From Polyangiaceae bacterium (GTDB taxonomy: Bacteria; Myxococcota_A; Polyangia; Polyangiales; Polyangiaceae), in assembly GCA_044376115.1 (NCBI GenBank), contig JBILLK010000020.1, forward strand, positions 32,001 to 96,000: a stretch of DNA of 64,000 nucleotides, written 5' to 3'. Numbering within the stretch: position 1 is the stretch's first letter; every line of letters starts with the position of its first letter. Shown here in pieces: positions 1 through 9,066 of the stretch. A program made the position numbers and the translations under genes. The notes beneath the pieces are model-generated. The model saw nothing but the letters and a program-made list of their open reading frames with translations, had not been told where the DNA came from and did not search any database.

Positions 1-666
1 AGCTCCCGTGAGCCTATCGCTGTAGCTACGCGCCGCCTCGCGGGAGCCAGACTCGAGCAGGGTCACCCGCACGTTGGCCAAGTCCAACAGCGAACTCGGC
101 TCGAGGCCGCGCACCTGATTGATGAAGTCATCCGAGACCTGGAAGCCAACGAGTTCGTGCGCAGCGTCGTGTGGCGTTGTCGGCCGCTGCCAATATCGTT
201 TGGGGTCCGCGGTCGTCTCGGAGTGGATCGCCTGCTGGCTACGCAGATAAGCGGCACCGTCCAAAACGGCGTCGAGCGCGAGCACATGGGAGGCCTTGAC
301 CTGCCGCGCCGCACGCAACGCGATGGTGGCGCCCACCCGAACACCAAACAGCGACAACTTCTTTATCCCGCTCAGATCACGTAGCTCGGTACTCGCCTGA
401 GCGAGGTCTTCATTCCAGCGGGCGAGCGTCGCTTGTTCATAGCTCCCCGCTGAATCTCCGACGCCAAACCAGTCGAAGCGCAGCGTGTGATAGCCCGCTC
501 GCACCAGCGCAGCTGAAACCTGTTTCATCAGGCTGTGAGTGCGCACGTGCTCCTGCGCGACGGGTGGACAGAGCACCACGCCGTGGCCCTTCGCGCTCCT
601 ATCACTGGGCTCTTCGAAGATCCCGAACAACGGGCTCGCCGAACGGCCAAAGAACATCGGCCTCAC
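1..666 (-). CDS. Alpha/beta-hydrolase-fold protein, 3' end outside window (resembles the exosortase-associated 'hydrolase 2' type)
   Basis: Not in the ORF track because it has no stop in the window. Manual translation from GTG at 666: MRPMFFGRSASPLFGIFEEPSDRSAKGHGVVLCPPVAQEHVRTHSLMKQVSAALVRAGYHTLRFDWFGVGDSAG...LFGVRVGATIA. It has the RFD..G.GDS motif, and G-x-R-x-G at the nucleophile elbow. Confidence 0.8.
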   Translation of the reverse strand, partial: MRPMFFGRSASPLFGIFEEPSDRSAKGHGVVLCPPVAQEHVRTHSLMKQVSAALVRAGYHTLRFDWFGVGDSAGSYEQATLARWNEDLAQASTELRDLSGIKKLSLFGVRVGATIALRAARQVKASHVLALDAVLDGAAYLRSQQAIHSETTADPKRYWQRPTTPHDAAHELVGFQVSDDFINQVRGLEPSSLLDLANVRVTLLESGSREAARSYSDRLTGA

Positions 667-848
667 GGGGCGACGTGCTCAAGAGCGGAGGGGGATGACC
701 CATGGCCGGCCGACACGGGAAACCTCTTACTCGGCGTCATTCTCGCGTCAATTGGGGCTACCCGCCGTTGATTTTTGGGGCCTGGTGTCGGCTCAGCTTG
801 CGCACGAAATTGGACCGTGCGACAAGGCTTGAGTGCCTTCGGGCGCAA

Positions 849-922
849 GCGACACTAGCTCAGTTGGATAGAGCGCTGCCCTCCGAAGGCAGAGGTCGCA
901 GGTTCGACTCCTGCGTGTCGCG
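849..922 (+). tRNA. tRNA-Arg(CCG), CCA not encoded
   Basis: Acceptor stem GCGACAC/GTGTCGC, D-arm TAGCTCAGTTGGATAGAGC, anticodon arm CTGCC-CT CCG AA-GGCAG, T-arm GCAGG-TTCGACT-CCTGC. Confidence 0.95.
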
Positions 923-978
923 CTGACGGTCATAGCTTGCAGCTTGCTCCCGGGCCGTGCGTCTTCTACCTCCCGGGG

Positions 979-3900
979 ATGATGAAGACGGCGAACGCTC
1001 CCTTCTTGATTATCGGGGCATTGGCGTGCACGGCATGCACAGCGGAGTCGTCGTTCGAGGCGCTTCAGAGAGCCTCGCAAGCGAGTACCGACGAGAAGGT
1101 TGAGGCCTATTTTGTCGTGCTCGAGGGAGGCGGAGCGGTAGCTCAAATTCCTCAGGGCATGGATCCGCGATCTGCGGAGGCGACGAGGCTGAGCAGGAAA
1201 CGGCTTGCTGAGATCGATAAACAGCAGCGTGATCTCGAGCAAAAGCTGGAGGCTGCCGGGGCCAAGACCATCGCCCGCATCTCCCGCCTGGCCAACGTGG
1301 TGCAAGTGCTGACCGACGCACGCGGCGCTGGCGTCATCGAGCAGCTCGCCGGTGTGGTTCGTGTCGAGCGCGCGCCCGTCTTCTACCCCGAACTCAATTC
1401 CGCCGTACCCGTAACGGGCGCACCGAGCGTTTGGGCCGGCACGCCTGGCTACGCGGGCGACGGAGTGACCATCGGCATCATCGACTCGGGCATCGACTAC
1501 ACCCACGCAGACTTCGCTGGCGTTGGGACCAGTGCCAACTACGACGGCAACGACCCGACCGTGCTCGAACCGGGAAGCTTCCCGACGCAGAAGGTCGTTG
1601 GTGGCTGGGACTTCGCAGGCGATAGCTACGACGCCGAGAACTCGCCTGTACCGCAACCCGACGCGGATCCGCTCGATTGTGCAACGACCATTGGCCAACA
1701 GATCTCCGGAGGCCACGGCACGCACGTCGCTGGGATCGCCGCTGGAACAGGGGTTTTGAGCGACGGATCGAGCTTCCTCGGCCCCTACGACCAGAGCCTC
1801 GGCGCGCAAGCCTTCCGCGTGAGTCCCGGTGTGGCGCCCGCAGCGAGCCTCTACGGACTAAAGGTGTTCGGCTGTCAGGGTGCCTCAACGCTCCTTGGCG
1901 CAGCCCTCGACCGGGCCGCGGATCCCAACATGGATGGCAGCTTCGATGACCGCCTGGACATCGTCAATGCTTCGCTCGGCACCCCCTACGCTCTTGGTAC
2001 TTCGGTCACGGGGGAACTCGTTACTGGCTTGAGCCGCGTCGGCACTTTGCTCGTCGCAGCCGCGGGCAACGAGGGCCAGAGCTTCTTCGTCACCGGGTCC
2101 CCCGCGTCCTACCCCGAGGCCCTCTCGGTGGCCGCTAGCGTGGACAATCGGCTCATCAATCTAAAGGTAACTGCTCCCCCCTCGGCTTTTGCAGAGTATC
2201 CCGCGGCTGAGGCTGTCTTTACCGCGCGGCTCGCTGCGGTTGGGCCGGTCAGCGCACCGTTGGTACTCGCGGCTCCGGCCTTGGGCTGCACGCCGTTCAG
2301 CAACGCAGCCGAGATAGCGGGCAATATCGCATTAATCGATCGAGGAACCTGCCCATTCGTCGATAAATTCGCCAATGCAGTAGCGGCCGGAGCTGTCGCC
2401 GTGATCGTCGTGGACAATGAGGCGATGGCGCTACCGTTCTCGATGGACGGTGCCATCGGGGCATCGCCCATTCCTGGCGTAATGGTTCGACTCAGCGACG
2501 GCGGGGCACTCAAGACGGGTCTCCAGGCCGGCCCTATCGAGATCACGCTGGACGCCGCTGACCCCTATAGCGGTATCGGTTCAGAGTTCATCGCCGACTT
2601 TAGCTCACGCGGGCCGAGCGCAGCGGACGCCCGGCTCAAGCCAGAGATCACCGCCCCTGGAGTGGCCATTGATTCCGCCGCGGTGGGAACGGGCTCCGCT
2701 GCTGTCAGCAATCAAGGGACGAGTATGGCAAGCCCCATCGTTGCAGGTGCAGCCGCCCTCGCCCGCCAAGCCCACCCGAGCTTCGGACCTTACGAACTGA
2801 AGGCTAACCTCATGAACGGCGCAGCCAACGTGCGCGACCTGACAGGGCTCGTGTACGGGACCTCGGTCGTCGGAGCCGGTCGGGTCGATATCGCGCGTTC
2901 GGCAAAAGCTGAGGTAACGGCTGCTGCAGCCCCCAATACTGGCGAGGTTGGGGTCTCCTTCGGCACGATCATCGCGCTCGAGCCGACCGAGGTGACGCGT
3001 GACTTCGTCGTCACCAATCACGGCAGCGAGCCGGCTTCGCTCACGGCGGAGGTGATTCCAACCTTCAGTCGCGACGGCGTTCAAGTAAACGTAGCGCCCA
3101 AGCAGCTCGATCTAGCTTCGGGGGAGGCGGGCACGATGACTCTGACGCTGCTCGTCGATCCAGTCGCCCTCGGCAACCCCGGACCGGACCCGGGGACGCC
3201 GGCCTTACAGGGCAATCAAACCCCGCTACCACGCCACTATCTCAATCAGGCGAGCGGCCTCGTTCGGCTGGCCCAAGCGGAGCACGAAGACGTGGTGCTG
3301 CCATACACGGGAAGCCTGCGCGCTGCCGTTGACCTGCATGGCGTGGCGCCCTCATCCTGCGAGGACGCCCCTGAAGCGGATAGCGCAATAGAGGTGGCCA
3401 TCGAAGGCGACGGACCTCACCCGAGCCCAGTCGTCAGCGCATTCCAACTCGCGGCGCTGGACGACGAGGACGAAGACGCCGCGAGCAACCCCGTCGTAGC
3501 GATGACCGATATCCGCGCCGTTGGTATCGCGACGAACCTCGCTACAGCCGCGACCTTCGACGATGCGCAAGTCTTCTTTGGCATTGCGGTGTCAGGCGCT
3601 TGGTCCACGCCGGCGCGAGGTCCGTTGAGCGTCGTAACCGTAGGCATCGACGCCGACCAAACAGGCCCCGACGAGTACGAAATCCGGGTTGAAGCGCGCA
3701 ATCCCGATCCGCCCTACCGCGATGTGTTGATGGCTAGCACCTATGACCTTACCAGCGGGGAACGAATCGCCAGGTACCCGCTAAACGTATTGACTCCGGA
3801 TGTTGCCCAAACGAGCCCGTTCAATAGCAGCGTCTTGGTGTTGAGCGCGCGGATGGTGGAGCTAGGCCTCAACCCGGACGCGCCTGCGTTCGACTGGGCC

Positions 3901-4689
3901 GTATCGAGCGAACGACCGGATCTCGTGATCTCGAGCGACACCGCCAAGGGGTCCTTCGACCCAGCTCAACTCGTGATCGACGCGACGAGCTTTGGGCTCG
4001 AGAGCTCGCCGATGTTCGTGGGCAAAGGCCCCATCTCGGTCAAGGTTTCCGCAGCAGCAAGGGCTGCGCGAGGCCCGCTCGATCTGCTCCTGCTCCACCA
4101 CACGAACCCGATCGGAAAACAATGGGAGGTCGTCAGCCTTGCGCGCAGCGCGCCTGGAAATATCGCGCTAACGGTAGATGGGCCTCTGCAACCGGTAGCG
4201 CCCACTGAGCCGATCGAGGCCAGCTTCTCCGTCAGCTACGCGGGCGCTACGGCCGCTGGCCAAACCCGCTTCAGCGGCACCGTGACCGGCGCTACTGTTC
4301 TATCTGCCTCCACCTCACAAGGCAGCTGTACGGGCGGCGCCGTGCTCGACTGCAGCCTCGGAGAACTAGAGCCCGACGCGCTCGTGACGGTGGTTGCGCA
4401 ACTATCTCCCAACGAAGGGCAGGAGAGCGTTCTCATCATTGGCGCTGTCACAAGCGAGCTTGGCTGCGAGGCCTCTTCCCTCGACAACGAAGCTACGTTG
4501 GAGGTGAGCCTCGCGTCTAAGCCCATTGAACCAGGCGACGAGCTGCAAGTTGCTGGGGGCTGTACCTGCGAGGCCGCCACCTCGCGAGGGACCCGGGCCG
4601 CGTGGTTACCGGTGGTCGCCTTCGGCGCGCTCGCGGCGCTACGGCACCGCCGCAAAGATGCGCAAAAAGGGCGTGCACGCAGCGCCTGA
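979..4689 (+). CDS. S8 (subtilisin-like) serine peptidase with PA domain, Fn3/DUF11-like repeats and MYXO-CTERM-like tail
   Basis: Catalytic motifs IGIIDSGID, GHGTHVAG and GTSMASP. PA insert (IALIDRGTCPFVDK). N-terminal lipoprotein-like signal. C-terminal GGCTC...hydrophobic...RHRRK. Start moved to the ATG at 979. Confidence 0.9.
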   Translation: MMKTANAPFLIIGALACTACTAESSFEALQRASQASTDEKVEAYFVVLEGGGAVAQIPQGMDPRSAEATRLSRKRLAEIDKQQRDLEQKLEAAGAKTIARISRLANVVQVLTDARGAGVIEQLAGVVRVERAPVFYPELNSAVPVTGAPSVWAGTPGYAGDGVTIGIIDSGIDYTHADFAGVGTSANYDGNDPTVLEPGSFPTQKVVGGWDFAGDSYDAENSPVPQPDADPLDCATTIGQQISGGHGTHVAGIAAGTGVLSDGSSFLGPYDQSLGAQAFRVSPGVAPAASLYGLKVFGCQGASTLLGAALDRAADPNMDGSFDDRLDIVNASLGTPYALGTSVTGELVTGLSRVGTLLVAAAGNEGQSFFVTGSPASYPEALSVAASVDNRLINLKVTAPPSAFAEYPAAEAVFTARLAAVGPVSAPLVLAAPALGCTPFSNAAEIAGNIALIDRGTCPFVDKFANAVAAGAVAVIVVDNEAMALPFSMDGAIGASPIPGVMVRLSDGGALKTGLQAGPIEITLDAADPYSGIGSEFIADFSSRGPSAADARLKPEITAPGVAIDSAAVGTGSAAVSNQGTSMASPIVAGAAALARQAHPSFGPYELKANLMNGAANVRDLTGLVYGTSVVGAGRVDIARSAKAEVTAAAAPNTGEVGVSFGTIIALEPTEVTRDFVVTNHGSEPASLTAEVIPTFSRDGVQVNVAPKQLDLASGEAGTMTLTLLVDPVALGNPGPDPGTPALQGNQTPLPRHYLNQASGLVRLAQAEHEDVVLPYTGSLRAAVDLHGVAPSSCEDAPEADSAIEVAIEGDGPHPSPVVSAFQLAALDDEDEDAASNPVVAMTDIRAVGIATNLATAATFDDAQVFFGIAVSGAWSTPARGPLSVVTVGIDADQTGPDEYEIRVEARNPDPPYRDVLMASTYDLTSGERIARYPLNVLTPDVAQTSPFNSSVLVLSARMVELGLNPDAPAFDWAVSSERPDLVISSDTAKGSFDPAQLVIDATSFGLESSPMFVGKGPISVKVSAAARAARGPLDLLLLHHTNPIGKQWEVVSLARSAPGNIALTVDGPLQPVAPTEPIEASFSVSYAGATAAGQTRFSGTVTGATVLSASTSQGSCTGGAVLDCSLGELEPDALVTVVAQLSPNEGQESVLIIGAVTSELGCEASSLDNEATLEVSLASKPIEPGDELQVAGGCTCEAATSRGTRAAWLPVVAFGALAALRHRRKDAQKGRARSA

Positions 4690-4706
4690 CGTCGCTAAGA
4701 AAGAGT

Positions 4707-6230
4707 ATGCGCCACTTCACCCTTAGCCTGCTATTCGTCGTCAACTGTAACAGTTACTCCTTTGAGTTTGGTCAAGCGACCAGCGCTGGAGGAGACGGCG
4801 GAGTTGGTGGAACAGGCGCCGCGGCCGCCGGCGGTGAAGGTGGCGAGGGCGGCACCGGCGGGGTCGATCCGCTGCTCGAAGGTGCCCCCCAAGCGGACGT
4901 CAGCGTTGCCGAGCACTCCGTCGACGTCTTTGGGAAAGATGGCAATCGCTTTTGGTTCGCGGTCCGCCCTGAGCAGGTCGAGCTGATGAACCAGAAAGAC
5001 GGCGGTGGTTTCGGGGATATCTACACGCCAGGCGCCGGAGGGGATGACGCAACGTTCGTTGATTACCTGCTTGTATCGTCGGTTGATGAGCCGCCTCACA
5101 CGGCGAACTACGGAAAGGTCGAGGTCAAAGTCATCGGTGAATCCACGTTCAGGCCGTGGACGCCCGAGTCGATCCCCAACTTGCGGGTCGATATGGACCA
5201 GTTCACCGACGGGCTCGAGGTTGGCGGCGTTGAGCATTTACGCTTCAACAACGGCTTGGTTGGCTCGATCTATCGAGAATTGATCGCGTTTGAGGTTTAC
5301 CGAGGGCTTGGGTATCCGGCTCCCCGGGCCAGCTTCGCTTGGGTTGGGAGCAACGTTTGGGGGCCCAACGTTCAGATCCCCTACACCTTGACGGAGGTCT
5401 ACAAGACAGACTTCTGTACGGCAAATAGTGAGTTATTAGGCGGCGGTTGCCCCAATATGTTCGAGTTCGTCGGGGACATCCCGTTCACTGACTTCGACGA
5501 CCCCAACAACTGCCAGATCCAGACGTGCAACGGCACGCGCCTCGAGGAGCTCGGCGCGATCATCAGCAGCACACCGCCTGGCGCTGGCTTCAAGGCAGCA
5601 ACGGAGGCTTACCTCGATTGGGATTCGGTGCATCGTTTCCAGTGCCTCTCTTGGATTCTTTGGACAGGCGATGACGCCTTTCACAACACAAACAACGTCG
5701 TGCTGCTCGAGAAGGAGGACGGCCGTTATATCTATCTGCCTTACTCCGTCGACATCAGCGGCGGCCAAGAGTGGTATCAATTCACGCCGCTCTACGGCAT
5801 GAACAGCGTCGCCAATGGGTGCCAATCGGATCCGGAGTGCTGGGCAGACACGATCGCCACCTGCGAGGACACCATCGCGGACTTCATCGCGCTCGACCCT
5901 GCAGCGCTGGTGGATTCGGTGCACGAGAGACTGGTGGCGCAGGACATGCTGCGACCTGGGGACGAGGAACGCTACACGACCATCCGCAACTGGTACGCGC
6001 AGCGAACCCTGGATCTGCTGCCGGAGCTAGATCAATACCGCGCAGTTCCGTGCCTCGATCCCAACGTAAAGTGCGGTGATGCGGACGAGTGTATACCTGT
6101 CTTTGAGTGCAATCCCGTATGCGAAGGTGCGGACATTCCGTGCGGTCCCGTTTGCCAACAGGAATGTTTTGAATGCCCGTTTCCGTTCTCTTGGTGCGTA
6201 GACGGTTCATGCCGCGGGCAATGCTTCTGA
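4707..6230 (+). CDS. CotH-kinase-family secreted protein/lipoprotein with Gly-rich linker and Cys-rich C-terminus
   Basis: KVIGESTFR, LRVDMDQF, LRFNNG, RELIAFEVYRGLGYPAPRAS, WTGDD..HNTNN and LPYSVDIS motifs resemble CotH. ATG at 4707 gives a signal-like N-terminus. Confidence 0.75.
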   Translation: MRHFTLSLLFVVNCNSYSFEFGQATSAGGDGGVGGTGAAAAGGEGGEGGTGGVDPLLEGAPQADVSVAEHSVDVFGKDGNRFWFAVRPEQVELMNQKDGGGFGDIYTPGAGGDDATFVDYLLVSSVDEPPHTANYGKVEVKVIGESTFRPWTPESIPNLRVDMDQFTDGLEVGGVEHLRFNNGLVGSIYRELIAFEVYRGLGYPAPRASFAWVGSNVWGPNVQIPYTLTEVYKTDFCTANSELLGGGCPNMFEFVGDIPFTDFDDPNNCQIQTCNGTRLEELGAIISSTPPGAGFKAATEAYLDWDSVHRFQCLSWILWTGDDAFHNTNNVVLLEKEDGRYIYLPYSVDISGGQEWYQFTPLYGMNSVANGCQSDPECWADTIATCEDTIADFIALDPAALVDSVHERLVAQDMLRPGDEERYTTIRNWYAQRTLDLLPELDQYRAVPCLDPNVKCGDADECIPVFECNPVCEGADIPCGPVCQQECFECPFPFSWCVDGSCRGQCF

Positions 6231-6231
6231 T

Positions 6232-6669
6232 CTAGCTTTGCTCGCCGCGCCTCAATACCCAGACGGACGAGCCCAGGCCCACGAGTAGCGCCAAAGCGCC
6301 CGCCGGTAGAAAGGCGATCCAAGGGCCTGGATCGCCATCCACCGCGCCAATGGCTCCCAGCAGGAAGCCCAGCGGGATCAAGACTTGCGCCAGTAGCATC
6401 GCCCCGGGACGAACAGACTCGAGCAGCACGGGGTACGCTTTGCCAGCCAACGCAAATCCTAGTTGCATGAGCGACAGCACGGTTCCGTGAGCGTGCGCCA
6501 ATCGCAGCAACATACGCCGCGTCTCGTTCTGGACGTGCAGATAGCCCATCCACTTAAAGGCGTGAAACGCCTCTAGCAGAACGCCAAGTAAGACAAACAG
6601 GAAGAGCCCGCCCAGCGCAGCGCGCAATTGCCGGAGTACCAGCGTCTCCCGCTTCTCCAATTCAAGCAT
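6232..6669 (-). CDS. Small integral membrane protein (about 4 TM)
   Basis: Hydrophobic segments and an RLAHAHG motif. RBS-like GAGGAGAGAAG upstream. Directly follows the cytochrome gene. Confidence 0.7.
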   Translation of the reverse strand: MLELEKRETLVLRQLRAALGGLFLFVLLGVLLEAFHAFKWMGYLHVQNETRRMLLRLAHAHGTVLSLMQLGFALAGKAYPVLLESVRPGAMLLAQVLIPLGFLLGAIGAVDGDPGPWIAFLPAGALALLVGLGSSVWVLRRGEQS

Positions 6670-6690
6670 GGGCGTCTTCTTCTCTCCTCG

Positions 6691-8547
6691 TCACTCTGCG
6701 ATCCAGATGGGGCGGTCATCCCTATGCTTCAGCTCGTTTGCCAACGCAGGCGCGTCGAGCTTCCCACCTGGGTGAAGGACCGCAGCGTTATCACGGTGAG
6801 AGCGCTCGGCCCAGGTAGCGAGCAGACTCGAGGCGACCTGCCGAAAGTGCTCCTCGGTTCCTAGAAAATCATACCCTTTTTTATCCAGGAGGCCCGCCTG
6901 CGTCAGCTCCCGCCCTGCGACATAGCGGACTGCCGAGTAGGGATCCGCCAGCAGCGTTGCAAGAAGCGGCAGCTGAAAGTCGTCACCACAGGCGGCCACG
7001 GCCTCAGCCGATAGCAGGTGATCCGCGACGATCACGCGTGTGGCGGCATCCCCACGCAAAGCCAACTTCACGCCTAGCGCACGATCGTCCACCGCGGGGG
7101 CTGCTGACGGAATACCCCAGTTCTGCGTCAGCTGCTCCGCTGTCCAGCCTAACGTCTTGTCAAGGTGGCACAGGTTGCACGCGGGTGGACGACCCGTTTG
7201 AACGGCGACCTCGACACTCGGGACGTCGACGCGGTGCGACCGCTGTGCAGCGTAAAGCGCATACGACACCTTAGGCATGTGGCAGGAGTAGCAAAGAGCC
7301 CCCACGGCATGCCTGGTGTGCTGCGGCTGGTCGAACCCAACGTGGCAGCTATTGCATACTCCGTTGCCGTGCGCCTTTGGCTTCAGTTGATCGACCGGAT
7401 CGTCCCCGTGAAGTTGATGACAATCTCCGCAACCGAGCTTTGAATCTCCCTCCCCTCGCAGGAAGCAGGCTGAGGCAGATAAACCGTTATACTCGCGCCC
7501 ACCAACGCGAATGGTGCCGTCGCCCCAGAACAGGCTCTCAGCGCTCGCCTCGATTACGCCAGAGCCGCTCGCTAATTCGGCCTCATCGATAACGGTTCGG
7601 CTATCCGCTAATGCCGCCCCAGGTGCGTACGAGCGAGCGTAGCCTGAGGTCCACCATTCGGCCTCGTCCTTGGGGAGAGCGTACGAGTGACATTGGCCAC
7701 AGACCTCGGAGGCGCGCGCCTTGGAGAGCTTTTCCGGCTGCGTGATGTGCTTGGCTTCATCCGCGTTGCGAGCGGCCCAGCGCGCCCAGGGGTCAGCGTA
7801 GTGGCCAGCATGCAGTCCGCCGGCTCCATGACAAGCCTCGCAGGCGATCCCAAGCTCGGTTACCGTCGTATCGAAGGTATCGCGCGCGTCGTCGTGTCGA
7901 GGTTCGGCCAGCGTCGAGTGACACACGAGGCAGTTCGAGTTCCAACGCACGAGCTGGTCGGGGCTATCCGGCGGCTGCAGAAATACGTCATGGCGCGGAA
8001 TGAACCGCTCAGCTTCTATGTGCCATACGACGGGCGCGGCCCGCAGCTCACCAATACGTGCGCCTGCTACCCAATAGGCTTGATAGTGATGTGACCCGGT
8101 CGTGAGCACTGCCTGCTCACGTATCGTCGGGATAGGGCCAGCGGTTGAGAGAGCCAGCGCCACTGGGTCGGGCATAGTTATCCAGAGCGCGTCTTGGTCG
8201 TGCTCGAGGACGACGCTCTCCTGCTTGAGCGCAACGCTATGACGACCGGCTGGGGCGAGAATATTCGCCCCAGTAGCGGGCCGTGTCATCGTCCGGTGAT
8301 ACGAGCGCGACCAGCTCGCATACTCAGCGGGGTGGCAAGCTTTGCACGCCCCGGAGGACACCGTGGTGCCGGCAGCCCGAAGGCGCGGGCCACCTAACGT
8401 AACCGGCCGTTCGCCATCCCACAGCAGTGCGAGAGCCGGTGTCAGTAGCATGCCGAACGCAAGCCACCGCCGCCCGCGCGTGCGAGGGGTGATCCACAGC
8501 ACCATGAGCGCTGAGAGCCCACCAGCTACGACGACGGCCAACCACAC
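6691..8547 (-). CDS. Membrane-anchored multiheme c-type cytochrome (8 CxxCH)
   Basis: CKACH, CLVCH, CEACH, CGQCH, CGDCH, CNSCH, CYSCH, CNLCH. Two N-terminal hydrophobic segments. HEAT-like C-terminal motif (LLADPYSAVRYVA). Confidence 0.88.
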   Translation of the reverse strand: MWLAVVVAGGLSALMVLWITPRTRGRRWLAFGMLLTPALALLWDGERPVTLGGPRLRAAGTTVSSGACKACHPAEYASWSRSYHRTMTRPATGANILAPAGRHSVALKQESVVLEHDQDALWITMPDPVALALSTAGPIPTIREQAVLTTGSHHYQAYWVAGARIGELRAAPVVWHIEAERFIPRHDVFLQPPDSPDQLVRWNSNCLVCHSTLAEPRHDDARDTFDTTVTELGIACEACHGAGGLHAGHYADPWARWAARNADEAKHITQPEKLSKARASEVCGQCHSYALPKDEAEWWTSGYARSYAPGAALADSRTVIDEAELASGSGVIEASAESLFWGDGTIRVGGREYNGLSASACFLRGEGDSKLGCGDCHQLHGDDPVDQLKPKAHGNGVCNSCHVGFDQPQHTRHAVGALCYSCHMPKVSYALYAAQRSHRVDVPSVEVAVQTGRPPACNLCHLDKTLGWTAEQLTQNWGIPSAAPAVDDRALGVKLALRGDAATRVIVADHLLSAEAVAACGDDFQLPLLATLLADPYSAVRYVAGRELTQAGLLDKKGYDFLGTEEHFRQVASSLLATWAERSHRDNAAVLHPGGKLDAPALANELKHRDDRPIWIAE

Positions 8548-8637
8548 AGGCCACAGCTTAGGCGCACTTCCAAGAGAAGTTCAGCGGAAGCGTCTTCTGG
8601 TAGTGGACATTCCGGATTCGCTGAACCAAAAGGCGTT

Positions 8638-9066
8638 ATGCGGTTTCATGAGGCGATTCACGGCGTCTACTTCGACGATCTCGACGCTCTTCAGATCCTC
8701 CACAACGCGCGCTACGTGCTGCTATTCGAGCGGACGATTGGCTCCTTCTGGACGCGAGCCATGGGTTGGGCAGGCATGCTCGGCCTATCAAACCCAGATC
8801 GGTTTCACTTGGTGCGGACCAACTCGATTGAATACCTAAGGCCGGTCACCGGCATCGGCGAGGTACGAGTACGCGTATGGGTCGAGAAACTCGGTAGCAG
8901 TAGCCTGACGTTCGGCTTCCGGATCTTGCCGATGGATGAGGACGTGGACTACGCACGCGGGACGCGCGTGATTGTGTGCGTCGACCAAGAGAGTCGCAGG
9001 CCAGCTCCGTGGAGCCCCGAGTTCCGCGAGCGGATAGCCCCCTATATCCGCGCTGAAAACGCCTAA
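8638..9066 (+). CDS. Acyl-CoA thioesterase (4HBT/YbgC hotdog family)
   Basis: VYFDDLDALQILHNARY..LFER motif, IEYLRP, VEKLGSSS. Confidence 0.85.
   Translation: MRFHEAIHGVYFDDLDALQILHNARYVLLFERTIGSFWTRAMGWAGMLGLSNPDRFHLVRTNSIEYLRPVTGIGEVRVRVWVEKLGSSSLTFGFRILPMDEDVDYARGTRVIVCVDQESRRPAPWSPEFRERIAPYIRAENA

Noticed and set aside
663..848. 61-aa ORF overlapping the hydrolase start
   Set aside because: It occupies the divergent promoter/tRNA leader region and has no recognisable features.
849..922. tRNA as an integration site for a genomic island
   Set aside because: I noticed no integrase and no duplicated tRNA 3' end, and the flanking genes look native.
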